The notes under the pieces are model-generated. The model did not search any database and had not been told where the DNA came from. It saw only the letters and a program-made list of their open reading frames with translations. The position numbers and the translations under genes were made by a program. A stretch of DNA of 63,170 bases, filler included, from Octopus bimaculoides (taxonomy: Eukaryota): NCBI RefSeq assembly GCF_001194135.2. It is 3 parts of 3 records of this genome, joined end to end, with 100 filler letters (N's around TTAATTAATTAA, not from the genome) between each part and the next. Parts side by side here need not be neighbours in the genome. Positions count along the whole stretch, not along the records: positions 10,362 to 38,962 come from NC_068986.1; 2 more parts are not named here. One strand, 5' to 3'. Positions 10,746 through 24,242 of the stretch are shown here, piece after piece (within the stretch, counting starts at the first letter, position 1; each line of letters opens with the position of its first letter).

Positions 10746-11280
10746 TATCGACATAATAATGAACGATGTGAACATCTGTATGTATATATATATTATTTTA
10801 TCTATCTTTAGGGTGAATTGGTTCATTTCAAAACCAAGGTCAGCGCTGTCAATGATCGCTAGTAGTAGTAAACACATTTGACGTCTGCTGACCCCAAGGA
10901 TATGAGGCCTCTTTTGTCTCCTTATCGCACAGTACTGCCCATTACTGATCTCCTCACCATCTGCTGAATGTATTTACAGACCTGTAGCATTTGGTCTATT
11001 CACCAAGTTGCTTGTTTTCCTCTTACTATTCCATTCAATTCTCACATAATTATGATTATCTCAAGTACAAGACAAAAGTTGAAATTAAACAACATTTAGT
11101 AATACCTTTTAATAATAATGGCAATAATTATAATAATGTCAACAACAACAACAATAATAATAATGATAATAATAATAATCATAATAATTTAGCTAAAACT
11201 CATTACGGATTAGAAGAAATATTAACAATGACAAATAGTAAAAAAATGAAAATAATATCAGTGATGATAATAATAATAAT

Positions 11281-14200
11281 GAAAGGAAGCGGTTGGAATC
11301 TCCTCATGTCCTGATTGATGATACATCTAGTGATGGTGTCACAATAAAAACAGTGACAATGGAAAAGCAAGATATTGTGAATAACGGTGGTAAGGAAACT
11401 GAAGCCCTTGATGGTGAGAGTATTGCACCTGACAGGCTCAAAGATACTGGTCCGACTCCAGCCTGTCGTTATCCAGCAAGGGATCAGCACACACAGTGTA
11501 GTTGGAACAAACAAGTCAATGTTGTGGTCATGGAGTATAACTACCTGAGTAACCCTGTAGATGAAAATGGTGCTCATATTAGGGGATACCGACAATGTGT
11601 GTATGATCGATGGAGAGAAAGAGGATTGTTTCGACTCACGGAACAGAGATTATGTGATCAAGCTAGAACAATAGGAAAAATTCGTTGGCTCACAGAAGTA
11701 GAGCTCGAGGCTCTCAAAAGACGGGGATTGGAAAACAGCAGCAGTGGAAACGATGAAAATGCAGTTGCTACTGATAAAAGTAATCTTATAGCAGAAAACA
11801 GAGGTGAAACCTGAAATAAACCACAGGAAAGGAACAGTGATAGCTTGCTCGATGAGAGCATATAGATAGTTTGGAAGAATACGATAAAGCTAATGGTGAC
11901 ATGACAGATGGGCAAAAGGCAATCTACGACAGAATAAAGGCAGGGCTATAGGAGAACAATAGCGACATTATTTGCAACCTTAAAAAGGTTGATCAGTGGA
12001 AATTGAACCAAGAAACGAAAAATGTGAATGAAATACACCAGAACATAAAACATCACAGAAACAAATAATTTGAGCAGAAGAGATTCTACAAAGAAATAGA
12101 TGGAGAGTGTACAGATGAAAAGTTGATACCAGATAACATTGAATGTCAAATGTTTTGGATAGACATCTGGAGCAAAGACAAGGAGCACAAGAAGGATGCT
12201 GAATGGTTGCAAGAACTGAAACAAACAGTAGTCTGTCCAAAACAGGCGGAACTAGTAATTTAAGTTAGGAAATTGAAGGAAATCAGCAAAAAAGGGCAAC
12301 GGGCAACTAGAAAGCCCCGGAACCAGATGGAGTTCAAGGCTACTGGATCAAAAGATTTGGTGAATGTCATGCACGAATAGCTGCGCAACTCAACGCCTTG
12401 TTAAATGACGATTAAGTAACACCAGAGTGGTTGACAATGGGTAGGACAGTACTGAAAAACATCGAAAAATGCAATATGGTAGACAATTACTGGCCGATAT
12501 CCTGCTTGCCACTTATGTAGAAATTATTGATTGGAATAGTCGCAGAGTTACTGTACGGATATCACATGAGCAGAAGGGTTGCAAGCGTAAGTACAGAGGT
12601 ACCAAGGATCAACTCCTGGTAGACAAAACTGTACTTAGAGACTGCAAGAGGAGGATAACTAACTTAGCTATGTCATGGATCGATTATCGTAAAGCGTACG
12701 ATATAATCCCACATTCTTGGATTATGGAATGTATGAACTTATTTAGCATTGCATCGAATGTTGAGCGATTGCTTGTAAAAAGTATGGCGAAGTGGAGGAC
12801 GGAACTGACGGTTTAGGGACAATAGAAATCAGGAGAGGCATCTTCCAAGGGGACTGCGTGTCCCCACTGATCTTTGTATTGTACATGATACCACTAACAT
12901 TAGTTCTGAAGAAAGCAAAGGCTGGATATATATTCAAGGGCCGCCAACAAAAAGTCATCCACTTGTTATTCATGGATGACCTCAAACTTTATGGTAATGA
13001 TGAATCTCAAGTCAGTTCCCTCGTTGATACGGTGTATACTTTCAGTGCTGATAACAGAATGGAGTTCGGACTGAGAATGTGTGGTGCGTTAGTCTTGAAG
13101 GGAAGCAAAATCAAATGTATGGACGGGTTAGCGATACCATAGGGGGAGGTTATGAAGCAGATAGAAGAGACGGGCTATGAGTACTTGGTGATATTAGAAA
13201 TGGATAAATTGATGGAGAAAGAAATGACAGAAAAATTTAAGGTGGAGACTGAGATTGATATTTAAGTCGAAATTAAACGGACGGAATTAGACTGAAGCTA
13301 TCAATACCTGGGCGGTTTCACTCCTTAGATATGGAGTAGGGGTAATCGCATGGATAGTAGACGAACTAAACAGCTTAAACAGAAAGACAAGGAAGCTGCT
13401 GACTAGATTTGGGATATTCCACCCAAAAGTGACTTTGTATGTACCAAGAAGAAGAAGAAGCAGAGGACTGATTGGGTGCGAACACAGCATTAGAGCAGAA
13501 GTAAACGACAAAGCATGATATGTAAAAAATGCCACAGAACCGTTATTACTGGAAGTAAGAATTGTCAGGCTTGTGTATGATGGAAGATTGCAAAGATAAA
13601 GCACTGAACAAGGACTTGAAATGGACTGAATGAATCTGAAAATATGTAGATAAAGAAAAGAATGCGTGGATAATTTCATAGGGATGTTGAAGATATGATA
13701 GGCAGAGAAAAAAGATGGCTATGAATAACTAAAAGTGATTTAAAACCGGGAACGGAGGCTCTTATCTGTGCTGCCCAAGAGTAAGCATTAAGAACCAATT
13801 ACATCAAGTACAGAATAGACAACACATCAAAAAGTGATAAGTGCAGAATTTGCTGACAAAATGGTGAAACCGTACGGCGTATTACCAGTCAATGTACGCC
13901 ACTAGCCCAGAAAGAATATAAGAGACGTCATGACAATATAGCAAGGATTGTCCATTGGACATTTTGCAACAAGGATGGACTTGATAGAGCAAAAAAGTGA
14001 TACGAACATAAACCCGAAGGCATCATCGAAAATGGTAATGCAAAGATCCTATGGGATTTTATGATTCAGTGCTACCATGAGATAGAGAATAGGAAGTCAG
14101 ACCTAGTATTAATTGAGAAAGAATGCAAACGATGCTGGATCATAGATATAGTATGCCCAGCTAACAACAAGGTATGTAATAAGGAAGAAAGAAAATGTGA

Positions 14201-14510
14201 TAAGTAAGTAAGAAAATAGCTGGTTAGCTTAGGAGGTTAAACAGTTGTGGTTACTGAAAAAGGTAGTAGTAGTACCAATAATTGTCGGAGCCCTGGAAAC
14301 AGTGAGTAAAAATCTTGGGAAGTACATGGTACAAATAGGGGTTGCAATAAGGGTGGAGCACTTGCAGAAAACAGCACTGCTTCGAACTGCCCGAATATTC
14401 TGGATGGTGCTCGAAAAATAAGGGGTGTTACCTTAGTTCACTGGTAGTGAACAGCTGATACCGTAATATATCTCCAGCGTTAGAAGCTGTGCAAAGACAA
14501 TAAAATAATA
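11281..14510 (+). mobile_element. Near-full-length decayed R4/Dong-clade non-LTR retrotransposon (RT + CCHC + restriction-like endonuclease)
   Basis: N-terminal W..N..VME..LS.P...GYR...W.ERG.F..TEQRL.DQ; RT motifs [42 protein letters not shown]; C-terminal KCRI, RRHDNIARIVHW, ILWDF, LQKTALL. Many stops and frameshifts. Directly follows (AAT)n. Confidence 0.92.
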
Positions 14511-14924
14511 GTGATACCTTTTATTTGACATCTGGGCAAAGGATGAGGTTACATATAGCGAGAGAATATATATATANNNNNNNNNNNNNNNNNNNNNNNN
14601 NNNNNNNNNNNNNNNNNNNNNNNNNNNNNNNNNNNNNNNNNNNNNNNNNNNNNNNNNNNNNNNNNNNNNNNNNNNNNNNNNNNNNNNNNNNNNNNNNNNN
14701 NNNNNNNNNNNNNNNNNNNNNNNNNNNNNNNNNNNNNNNNNNNNNNNNNNNNNNNNNNNNNNNNNNNNNNNNNNNNNNNNNNNNNNNNNNNNNNNNNNNN
14801 NNNNNNNNNNNNNNNNNNNNNNNTATATATATATAAACGTATAGAAAGAATACGCAGTGTACAATAAGACAGAAAAGGGAAGCATACACAGTATATAGCA
14901 GTAAGAATAAAATGAAATAAAAAA

Positions 14925-17075
14925 ATTTATATAAAATGTTACCGTCCATCCTCGTGGACAAACATACAAATTTATGGAACAGAACGATATTTTTCCCACT
15001 GAACAAAAGGGGTGCTGACGTGGCTCATATGGATGCCAAGACCAAATCTTAATTAATCGCATGATCCTTGAGTACTGTCATAACAAACGCAGAAATCTCA
15101 GTTCTACATGGATTGATTATTAAAAGGCCTTCGACAGCACATCACATTCATGGATCTTGAAATCGCAGGATATCTTCAAAATTGCTTCTGTGATTTCAAA
15201 CTTCCTGAAGCATAAAATGTCAATGTGGAATATGAATCTCCAACTACACTACTCTAATGGAGTACTGACCACAAAAAATATTAATATCAACTGCGTCATT
15301 TTCCAAGGCAACTCACTTTCACCTTTAATTCTCTGCATAGTCCTAATACTCCGTACAAGTGAACTTAACAGAACAGGGTATGGATATAAAATTGGCGACA
15401 AGAAAATAAGTCATCTATTTTATATGGATGACTTAAAACTTTATGGCACCGACGATAATGGGCTTGAAAGACTACTACGTACTCTGAAAGCATTCAGTGA
15501 TGACATAGAGTTAGATGTTGACACAGTCATAAAAGAACTCGAACAGGAACACACTTACAAATACCTTGGAATAAACGAAGGCTCTGGCATACAGCATGGA
15601 AGTATGAAAGAGAAGATCAGGAAGGAGTGTTAAATATACGTAAGTTAAATATACGTAACAAGGTGTTAGCTATACATTTCTTAGCAGTTCCGGTTGTTAT
15701 TTACAGTTTCAGTGTGTTGAACTGGAATATGAACGAAATCAGGAAGATTGACAGGAAAATCCATAAGCTGCTGACTTGCAAATAAGATGCTCCACCCAAA
15801 GGCAGACGCAGATCTTCTTTACCTACCCATTGCTCAAGGAGGTTGAGGCTTGATCCAATTTGAAATCTCTTATAAACCACCACAATTGGACTGGCAAAAT
15901 ATTTTGAAACATTTAACGACTGGATGCTAAAGCTCGTTGAAAGCCACGAAAGACGCAAGAAGCTTCATCCTGTTGTGAAGGAGAGCAAAAAAATTTCAAG
16001 TGACTTTATGCACAATAACCACGTTGAACAGCATGATGGAAGTGCGGCTACTGTATTTGCAAAGAAGGTGAAATCAATAGCAAAGCAAGATGCGTTTGAA
16101 CAACTGGCTGATAGGTGGGAATAAAAACCTCTGCATGGCAAACATGTGGCCCGTAGCAAATAAGCTGATGTAGACCAGAAGCACACCCATCAGTGGCTAC
16201 GGGGCTCAGAGATAAAGGCAAAGAGTGAAGGCTTTATCTTGGCTGCCTAAGATCAGAGTTTATTGATCCGGAACTATCAAACCAATGTGATGAAAAATAG
16301 TGTAGACCCAAAGTGCCGATACTGCAACGATGGGATTGAAACTGTGGACCACCAATCTCTGGATGTAAGGTTTTAGCACCTGTAGAGTACAAATCAAGAC
16401 ATGACAGAGTTGAGTTGGCCAATATCTACATTGGATAATGTGTCGGCATTATAAAATCAAAACTGCTGATAAATGGTACAAGCACCACCCCAGGCTGTAA
16501 CTAAGGGAGAAAATGTAATTATTCTTTGGGACTTCCCAGTGTATACAGACCGGACTATCAAAGCAAACAAACCAGATATTGTTGTGAAAGACCGAAACAA
16601 TAAAGTCTGTCTATTGATTGACATGAGCATACCTTGTGACCATAGTATCTCGGCAAAAGAATTTGATAAGCTCAGAAAATATAAAGATTTGCTCATTGCA
16701 ATCGAAAATATGTGGCATCTCAAGACGATTACAATACCAGTGATTGAGAATGATCCAGAGCTTACCATCCATACAGGAAGTGCAAAAGATTGTCTTAACT
16801 GGTACATCACACATATTGAGAAGAGCATTGTCACTGAATTTTCTTTCCCCTTTCCTATTTATTTTTTTTTGTTTACTTTTTTATTTCTTATTTTTTATTT
16901 CTCTCTCTGTCTTTCTTCCCCTTTTTCTCTATCATATGACTTTGTAAATGGACAATTTGGTGTGTTTATTTTAATAGCCTACAGTATAGTATACAGTGCG
17001 TTTCTCTACCCTAGGTGTCAGGAAGACACTCGGCAAGAAATGGAAACAGAACTAAAAGATGATAATGAAAATGAT

Positions 17076-17120
<45 letters not shown>

Positions 17121-17133
17121 AATAATAATAATC
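14925..17133 (+). mobile_element. 5'-truncated decayed R4/Dong-clade LINE (different subfamily) with (AAC/AAT)n tail
   Basis: EQKGC*RGSYG..DQILIN, WIDY*KAFDS, FQGNSLSP, HLFYMDDLKLYG, YKYLG, KCRYC, ILWDFPVYTD..IKANKPDIVVKD, IQEVQKIVLTGTSHILRRAL. 3' UTR 16840-17070. Confidence 0.9.
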
Positions 17134-17134
17134 C

Positions 17135-17365
17135 CTGACTTACCATCCGTGTAAGAAGTGCAAAAGATTGTCTTTAACTGGTCCGTCACACGTATTGAGA
17201 AGAGCATTATCAATTATTTCATGTATTTTTTAAAACTTCATTTCATTTTGAAAATGAACGATCTGCTGTTTAGTTTAATGGCCTATCAATGTATACAGTG
17301 AGTTTCTACTGCCATAGGTATCGGGAAGACACTCGGCAAAAAATAGAAACAAAATTGAAAGAAAA

Positions 17366-17434
<69 letters not shown>

Positions 17435-17462
17435 GAGGATGATGATGATGATGATGATGGTG

Positions 17463-17517
<55 letters not shown>
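17135..17517 (+). mobile_element. Short 3' fragment of the same Dong-like LINE with compound (CTA)(GAT)(AAT) tail
   Basis: 17140-17215 resembles 16761-16838, and 17274-17365 resembles 16970-17065. Confidence 0.8.
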
Positions 17518-17530
17518 NNNNNNNNNNTAA

Positions 17531-17744
17531 TAATGGTTTCAATTTTGGCACAAGGCCAGCAATTTCAGGGAAGGGGTAAGTCGATTACATCGACCCCAGT
17601 GCTCAACTGGTACTTATTTTGTAGACCCTAAAAGGATGAAAGGTAAAGTCGACCTCAGCAAAACTTGAACTCAGAACATAAAGACGGATGAAATGCCGCT
17701 AAGCATATTTCCCGGCGTGTTAACGATTCTGCCAGTTCACCACC
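17531..17744 (-). mobile_element. SINE family B, full length
   Basis: Contains ggatgaaaggtaaagtcgacctc and gtgttaacgattctgccagttcacc (reverse complement of the head). Confidence 0.9.
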
Positions 17745-17750
17745 TTTGAC

Positions 17751-17791
<41 letters not shown>

Positions 17792-17792
<1 letters not shown>

Positions 17793-17899
17793 CCTTTTTA
17801 ATTTAGGCAGAAGGCCAGCAATTTTGAGGGGAAGAAGTTAGTCGATACTATCGACTCTAGGACATGTCTGGAACTTTATATTATCGATCCGAAAAGGAT
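17792..17899 (-). mobile_element. SINE family B 3' fragment
   Basis: aggccagcaattttgagggg...gtcgatact...tatcgatccgaaaagg resembles 17550-17640. Confidence 0.7.
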
Positions 17900-19175
17900 T
17901 ATGGAAAAATGATAACAAAGATATTTTTTTAGAGAAAAGAAAACACGAGAGAAAGAATTTGATAATAAATCTGCTCGATCAGGGCTGAACAAGAATTAAG
18001 CAGCAAAAACAAAACCGGGAAGACATTTGTCACTCAACTCCAAAATATTTTTTACTGGAAATTCAGTCAAGCTTAGTAAAGAATGAGCTGTAGTCAATAC
18101 CTTGATCCCGTATAACACAAGTACTAGAACATATGTTATTTGGATAAAATATATAAAGGGAAGTGACTAAGTGCTATAAAGCCTTAAATTTAATGCTAAG
18201 TTATTCAAGTAACCATATTTATGTACAGAAATGCGGAACTATTTCTAAATTATCATAGAATTTAAATTTATAACTCTTTATTGATAATTTGAAATTGAAT
18301 AATATCAGTAAAAATTAAAATTTGCACTGCAATATAAGCTGAAATAACATTAGTAGTGTCATGACGATGTTCTCTTAATCTTTAACATTTCCAAATGACT
18401 GGAGAAAATCTAATACTACATGCTTAAAATTCTCTATAACATGGTGTAGAATCAATCATGCATGGAGTCCTTTGTCTCGGTAGGAAATCCTATACTTTAA
18501 GCTAGTGAGTTGATCGGTAATCATCTACTAAGATTGTAATCCGACTACCACCTTATATCATATTTTAGGTTGTGATTTTCAAGCAAAGTAGGCTAAAGCA
18601 AATAGAGGTAAATATGTTGTTCAACATTACAATGCAATACTGGTGATTGGCCGTTAGCCATTAGTCAAAAAACCAACATCTCATTGATTCAGCTCTTCCG
18701 AGAATTCACTGACAACTCTAGTTGAAGAGAGAGTTCAATTGAATCATAAGTATTCTTCGGAATACCACTGTTACAGAGAACAAAAAAAATATTCTACATT
18801 GGCGTAACCTATTTCGTTTAGAGTTAGTGGTCGACAATGTACATTGTAAAGTGTTCACGCAAAGGCAACGGCTTGTCTAAATATTGACGTGTACACAAAC
18901 ACTCGTACAAGTAAAATCATAAATTCAATTACAAATACATTTGTTCAGACCCACGGAAAAGTATAAAATTTAAGAATCATTTTTTTCCTCCTGGTACCCC
19001 CCCCCCAACTCTTACAAACACNNNNNNNNNNTTTTTCCTCCTGGTACCCCCCCCCCCAACTCTTACAAACACATACGTAAGTTCTCACAATGATACACAC
19101 TCATACGAGAATTATCTTCCTAATAAATAAATAAATGTAATAACATGTTTTTTCTATTATCATATATCAGAAAAA

Positions 19176-19385
19176 GGCGGTGACTGGCAGAATTGTTAAT
19201 ACGCCGGGCGAAATGCTTTGTAGCATTTTTCCGGCTTTACTTTCTGAGTTCAAATTCCACGGAAAACTGTTTTGCCTCTCATTCTTTCAGGGTCGATAAA
19301 ATAAGTGCCAGTTAGGTTTCGGAGTCAATGTACCCGACGTATTTCCTCTACCAAAATTCCAAGCCTTGTGTTTACAGTTGAAAGA
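19176..19385 (+). mobile_element. SINE family B, diverged full length
   Basis: Head ggcggtgactggcagaattgtt, B-box-like gagttcaaattcc, Nin-like ctttcagggtcgataaaataagtgccag. Confidence 0.85.
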
Positions 19386-19449
19386 CAGCTAGCTTATTAT
19401 GATGAAGATGAATATATATAGACAACATATACATACATACATAAACATA

Positions 19450-19535
<86 letters not shown>

Positions 19536-19662
19536 CATATATATATTGTGGTTTATAATGCGAGAAAAATAGTCTTAGATTTGAAAGCAGAAGATCCAAG
19601 ACTTAACAAAATTAAACTACAATAGAAAACAAATGACTCCTCAGTATTACAGAAAGGGCTAA

Positions 19663-19869
19663 GGCGGTAAGCTGGCAGAATCGTTACTGCGCCGGGGAAA
19701 ATGCCTAGTGGTATTTCGTCCGTCTTTACGTTCTGAGTTCAAATTCCTTCGAGTTCGACTTTGTCTTTCATCCTTTCAGAGTCGATAAAATAAATACCAG
19801 TTGAGCACTCGGATCCATGTAATCGATTTAATTCCTTACTGGCCTTGTGCCAAAATTTGAAACCAATAT
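19663..19869 (+). mobile_element. SINE family B, full length
   Basis: ggcggtaagctggcagaatcgtt...gagttcaaattcc...gtcgactt-like ctttcatcctttcagagtcgataaaataaataccag...gccttgtgccaaaatttgaaaccaata. Confidence 0.9.
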
Positions 19870-20462
19870 CAGATAAAGGTGGTAAGAGATTCATGTTTAT
19901 TTCAACTTACATTAAAACTGAGGCCCTATATTTACCTCTTTCATGTGAGAATGAAATATAAGAAAACAGGTTTGTTTCTGTCATATTAAGTTCAAAGTTT
20001 CTACTATTATGTTAATCGATTTCCTTTACAGAAAAGAGATATAGATTGAGTGACTTCTAATATGGGCTGTACTAGTTTACATCGGTTACATTGCACTGGA
20101 GTTTATATTTAACTTTGTATTTATCAGTTGTAACTTTTGTACTTTGTTAAAAAACAAAAACAAAACAAAAACTAACAATAAAAATAAGTAAACAAAGAAC
20201 AAAAAGAAAACTAACAAGACAACAAAAATCCCCAGATCTGAATGAAGAATTGTAAGAAAAAGATATTGTAAAGTGAATAATATGAACACGAATTATATGA
20301 GTTGAAAAAAAAAACTGTCTCCCTCTGTCGATATGTTGTATATAAACACATACATATAAACACGCACGCGCACGTGCACACGCACGCACACACACACACG
20401 CACAAAAATATATATAAATATATTTATATCTATATAAGTATATATATAAAGCAAGCAGAAAA

Positions 20463-20505
<43 letters not shown>

Positions 20506-20948
20506 NNNNNNNNNNNNNNNNNNNNNNNNNNNNNNNNNNNNNNNNNNNNNNNNNNNNNNNNNNNNNNNNNNNNNNNNNNNNNNNNNNNNNNNNNNNNNNN
20601 NNNNNNNNNNNNNNNNNNNNNNNNNNNNNNNNNNNNNNNNNNNNNNNNNNNNNNNNNNNNNNNNNNNNNNNNNNNNNNNNNNNNNNNNNNNNNNNNNNNN
20701 NNNNNNNNNNNNNNNNNNNNNNNNNNNNNNNNNNNNNNNNNNNNNNNNNNNNNNNNNNNNNNNNNNNNNNNNNNNNNNNNNNNNNNNNNNNNNNNNNNNN
20801 NNNNNNNNNNNNNNNNNNNNNNNNNNNNNNNNNNNNNNNNNNNNNNNNNNNNNNNNNNNNNNNNNNNNNNNNNNNNNNNNNNNNNNNNNNNNNNNNNNNN
20901 NNNNNNNNNNNNNNNNNNNNNNNNNNNNNNNNNNNNNNNNNNNNNNNN

Positions 20949-20979
<31 letters not shown>

Positions 20980-21114
20980 GCACACATATATATGCATACA
21001 TGCATCTCTATGTATGTATACATACATACATATATATACATATATATAAATATATATATGTATACACACACACACACACATATATATATACATGCATATA
21101 TATGCTTATATATA

Positions 21115-21148
<34 letters not shown>

Positions 21149-22050
21149 CGTGTGTGTGTGTGTGTTTATAAACATATAAACACAACACATGCAGAAACAT
21201 ATAAGGGAAGGAATACTAGAGAGGAGAGTACGTGATGGAAGTAAATATAGTAAAAGGGAATGGAAAAAAAGGGAGACGAGTTAAACTAAACCATGAAATA
21301 TCTTTATATAAAAAGATTGTAGGGTAAAAACACGAAAAATTCTATAAAAATTTATATGAAAAGTATCACAAACTGAAAAACGTTGGAAATATGAAAAATC
21401 AATATATAGACGATAAAAGTTTTTTCAAAGAAAAATTAATATAAGTAAAAATGTGAAAGCTATAAATCAATTCTGATATGACAAATTCAATGTAAGTTAA
21501 AAGAAATATGTAAATAAACAGAAGGATTAGGTCATTGTAAAATATATTTCTTTTTGCATTCAAAGATTTTTGCCTGAATAACTGTAAATAGCATTTCACT
21601 TTTAGTCAAACAGTTTTCTTGGATTTTAATGAAAACCCATGGTATACCATACTGGTATATTCACTTCACAAAAGTTTCTTTCGTTAATGTTGTTTAGCTC
21701 CAAGTCAACCCTGATCGATTAGGCGTATGATTAAAGGCTTACTAGCCCTGCTCATCCTAGTATTTAGGTCACCATTATACAATGTATACTTTTCAATTTT
21801 AAAACATTAGATATGTTCTTTGAAGGAGAGTTCATAGTTTCAAATTTGACTTAGTGGTATCAAACCAACAATGGACTTCAGGTGATTTGAGCCCATGAAT
21901 CCTTCGATGCAAATCTAAGGTAATTGTTTTACCGTGAGGATGTTATAATAATACCTTAATATATTATAATAATATATTATAATAATATCTATAACATGCA
22001 GTGTTGCAGCTATAATTCTACATATTAGGCTTTAATATGTCATTTAACAG

Positions 22051-22150
22051 GGCGGTGAGCTGGCAAAATCGTTGAGCACTGGGGTCAATGTAATTAACTT
22101 ACCTCTGCCCCCAAAACAGGTGGCCTTGTGTCAAAATTTGAAACCAATAT
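22051..22150 (+). mobile_element. SINE family B with large internal deletion
   Basis: Head ggcggtgagctggcaaaatcgtt is joined directly to gagcactggggtc; about 110 bp is missing relative to 19663-19869. Confidence 0.85.
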
Positions 22151-22170
22151 ATTCACGGAACGCACGCACG

Positions 22171-22280
<110 letters not shown>

Positions 22281-24242
22281 TGCATTGTGCCTATAGTAGA
22301 AAGGAATATTTAATTTATTATAAAATAAAATAAATTGATAATATAAAAATTAATAATGAAATAAACGTCCACTATATTCTTAAGTCTTTTCCAAAAAGCT
22401 ATTATATATCTTACAATAATTTACGTTCATGAAACAATGAATGTCATACAAACTGCATCCTCTTCTTTATATGTGTAGTCTTGTCCCTAAATAAACACAC
22501 GCACACATATACAAACATATATATAAACATTTGATATTGTGATAAAATTTAGTAGTATTTTATAATGCGTGTGTTCCTGTTTGTCCCCTCATCACTTTAT
22601 AACCGGTGTCGCTTTGTTTACGTCCCTGTAACTTCGCAGTCCAATAACATACACAAGTATAAAGAAGATGAAAGGTGTTCGACTCGAGACCAGAGGAATT
22701 GCAAAGTTTATAGAAGGACAGAAACAAAATACTGACCATAATAGTGTTCACAAATACCTCAATGTATGTATTTTGTCTTCTTTCAATGAAATTTATGATG
22801 AAGCTTGTGCGTTATTTTTATTCACTGTCTCACTGGAAGATATTGCTTCTGTATATTCCTCCCCATCTCGCACTATATTGCTAATAACCAGGGGTTTTCT
22901 ATTAACAACTTCAATACCCCGCCCAATTCAATTGTACGTGGGAGGGTTGCTCCAGGTCATCTTTGAAATAGGAGTTTTGGGGATATATCCAAATGAACTT
23001 CGGCTCGCCACAAATCGCTCTCAAACAAGCGTCTATACCGTATACAGCTATTTATATACACTATGGAATAGACTTTATTTGATGATTCGCATATTTGAGA
23101 GATGTAAAGCTTCCTCAGAAGAAATGGAATTTTATTAGCAAACAACAATCAGGGGAAGCCGTGATAGGTATTTTAACCTATTCTTATCTTTGCAACCTAC
23201 CAAAATGCTCATCTGCAATGCAATATACTATTTTCAACAGTATGTTCATAGGGTTCAACTTTTATTGGTCATCAAATTTAATGAATGATTATCAGTCTTC
23301 ACTTATGGCAAAAACAAACAAAAACAAAATAAGTTAATGTGGTATCTGAAGAACTTAAAAAATCAGACTTATCTTTTATTGGTTTATCGTAACACTTTAG
23401 TCTTATCACCCTTTTTACTTTTATCTGAAAGGTGTGGAACCATTTCTCAATTTCACTATAGAGAAAGAAAAACAACAGAAGTAATTAAATTTGGTTTACT
23501 TTTACACAAACACTCTATATTTAGTAATTAAATCATTGATCTCACCAATCAATTAATTATTTTAGCCTAATAATGTCTTCAAGTAACACCTCCATAGATT
23601 AGAATACCTTTAATTTGCTGAGTTCACTCCAACACGAAAACTTCTCATTAGCTGTTCTGTATTGTATTTCGTTATCTACATTCTTCAATCACTTTTCAAG
23701 ATTTATTTAGTGACTGGACTGTGGCAAGCGAGGTGAAAATATGAACGAAACGCTGTTGAATTGGGTTTGTAAGCTAGTTTCAATTCTAGGCTCGACTTAT
23801 GCTTCAAGTTCGACGCAGTCAGCAGTGTACATATAACAGAGCAGATGGAAAAGTTTTTTTCATTATTGAGCCAATAATTCCACAAATATTAAGCGACTTA
23901 ATTTCCCACTATCACACTTTACACGTGTTTACAAATAAGGTTGCAGTTGTATGCAAAGCTAGCGTTATAATTATCTTGGTTAAATACATTAGAAATGAAT
24001 CTGAATCTTTAAACTAGGAATCTTGCAAAGTGCACGAAAATTTGCAAGATAGTTCTTTTAAAAATGCAGTCTTGTACTATTTAAGAAATTCATTCTTTCT
24101 TTCTTCCTCACTCCCCACATGCATACACACATGCACACACACACACACGTATGTGCACACATAGATGTACTCGAACACTTCTTTTTTCGAAGCAGATGCG
24201 CTACGCGGCTACTTCGATTTGTTGCTTGTATATTTTCAACCA

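Noticed and set aside
18985-19072. Direct repeat tttttcctcctggtacccccc...cttacaaacac either side of 10 Ns
   Set aside because: Contig-end overlap left unmerged by the assembler.
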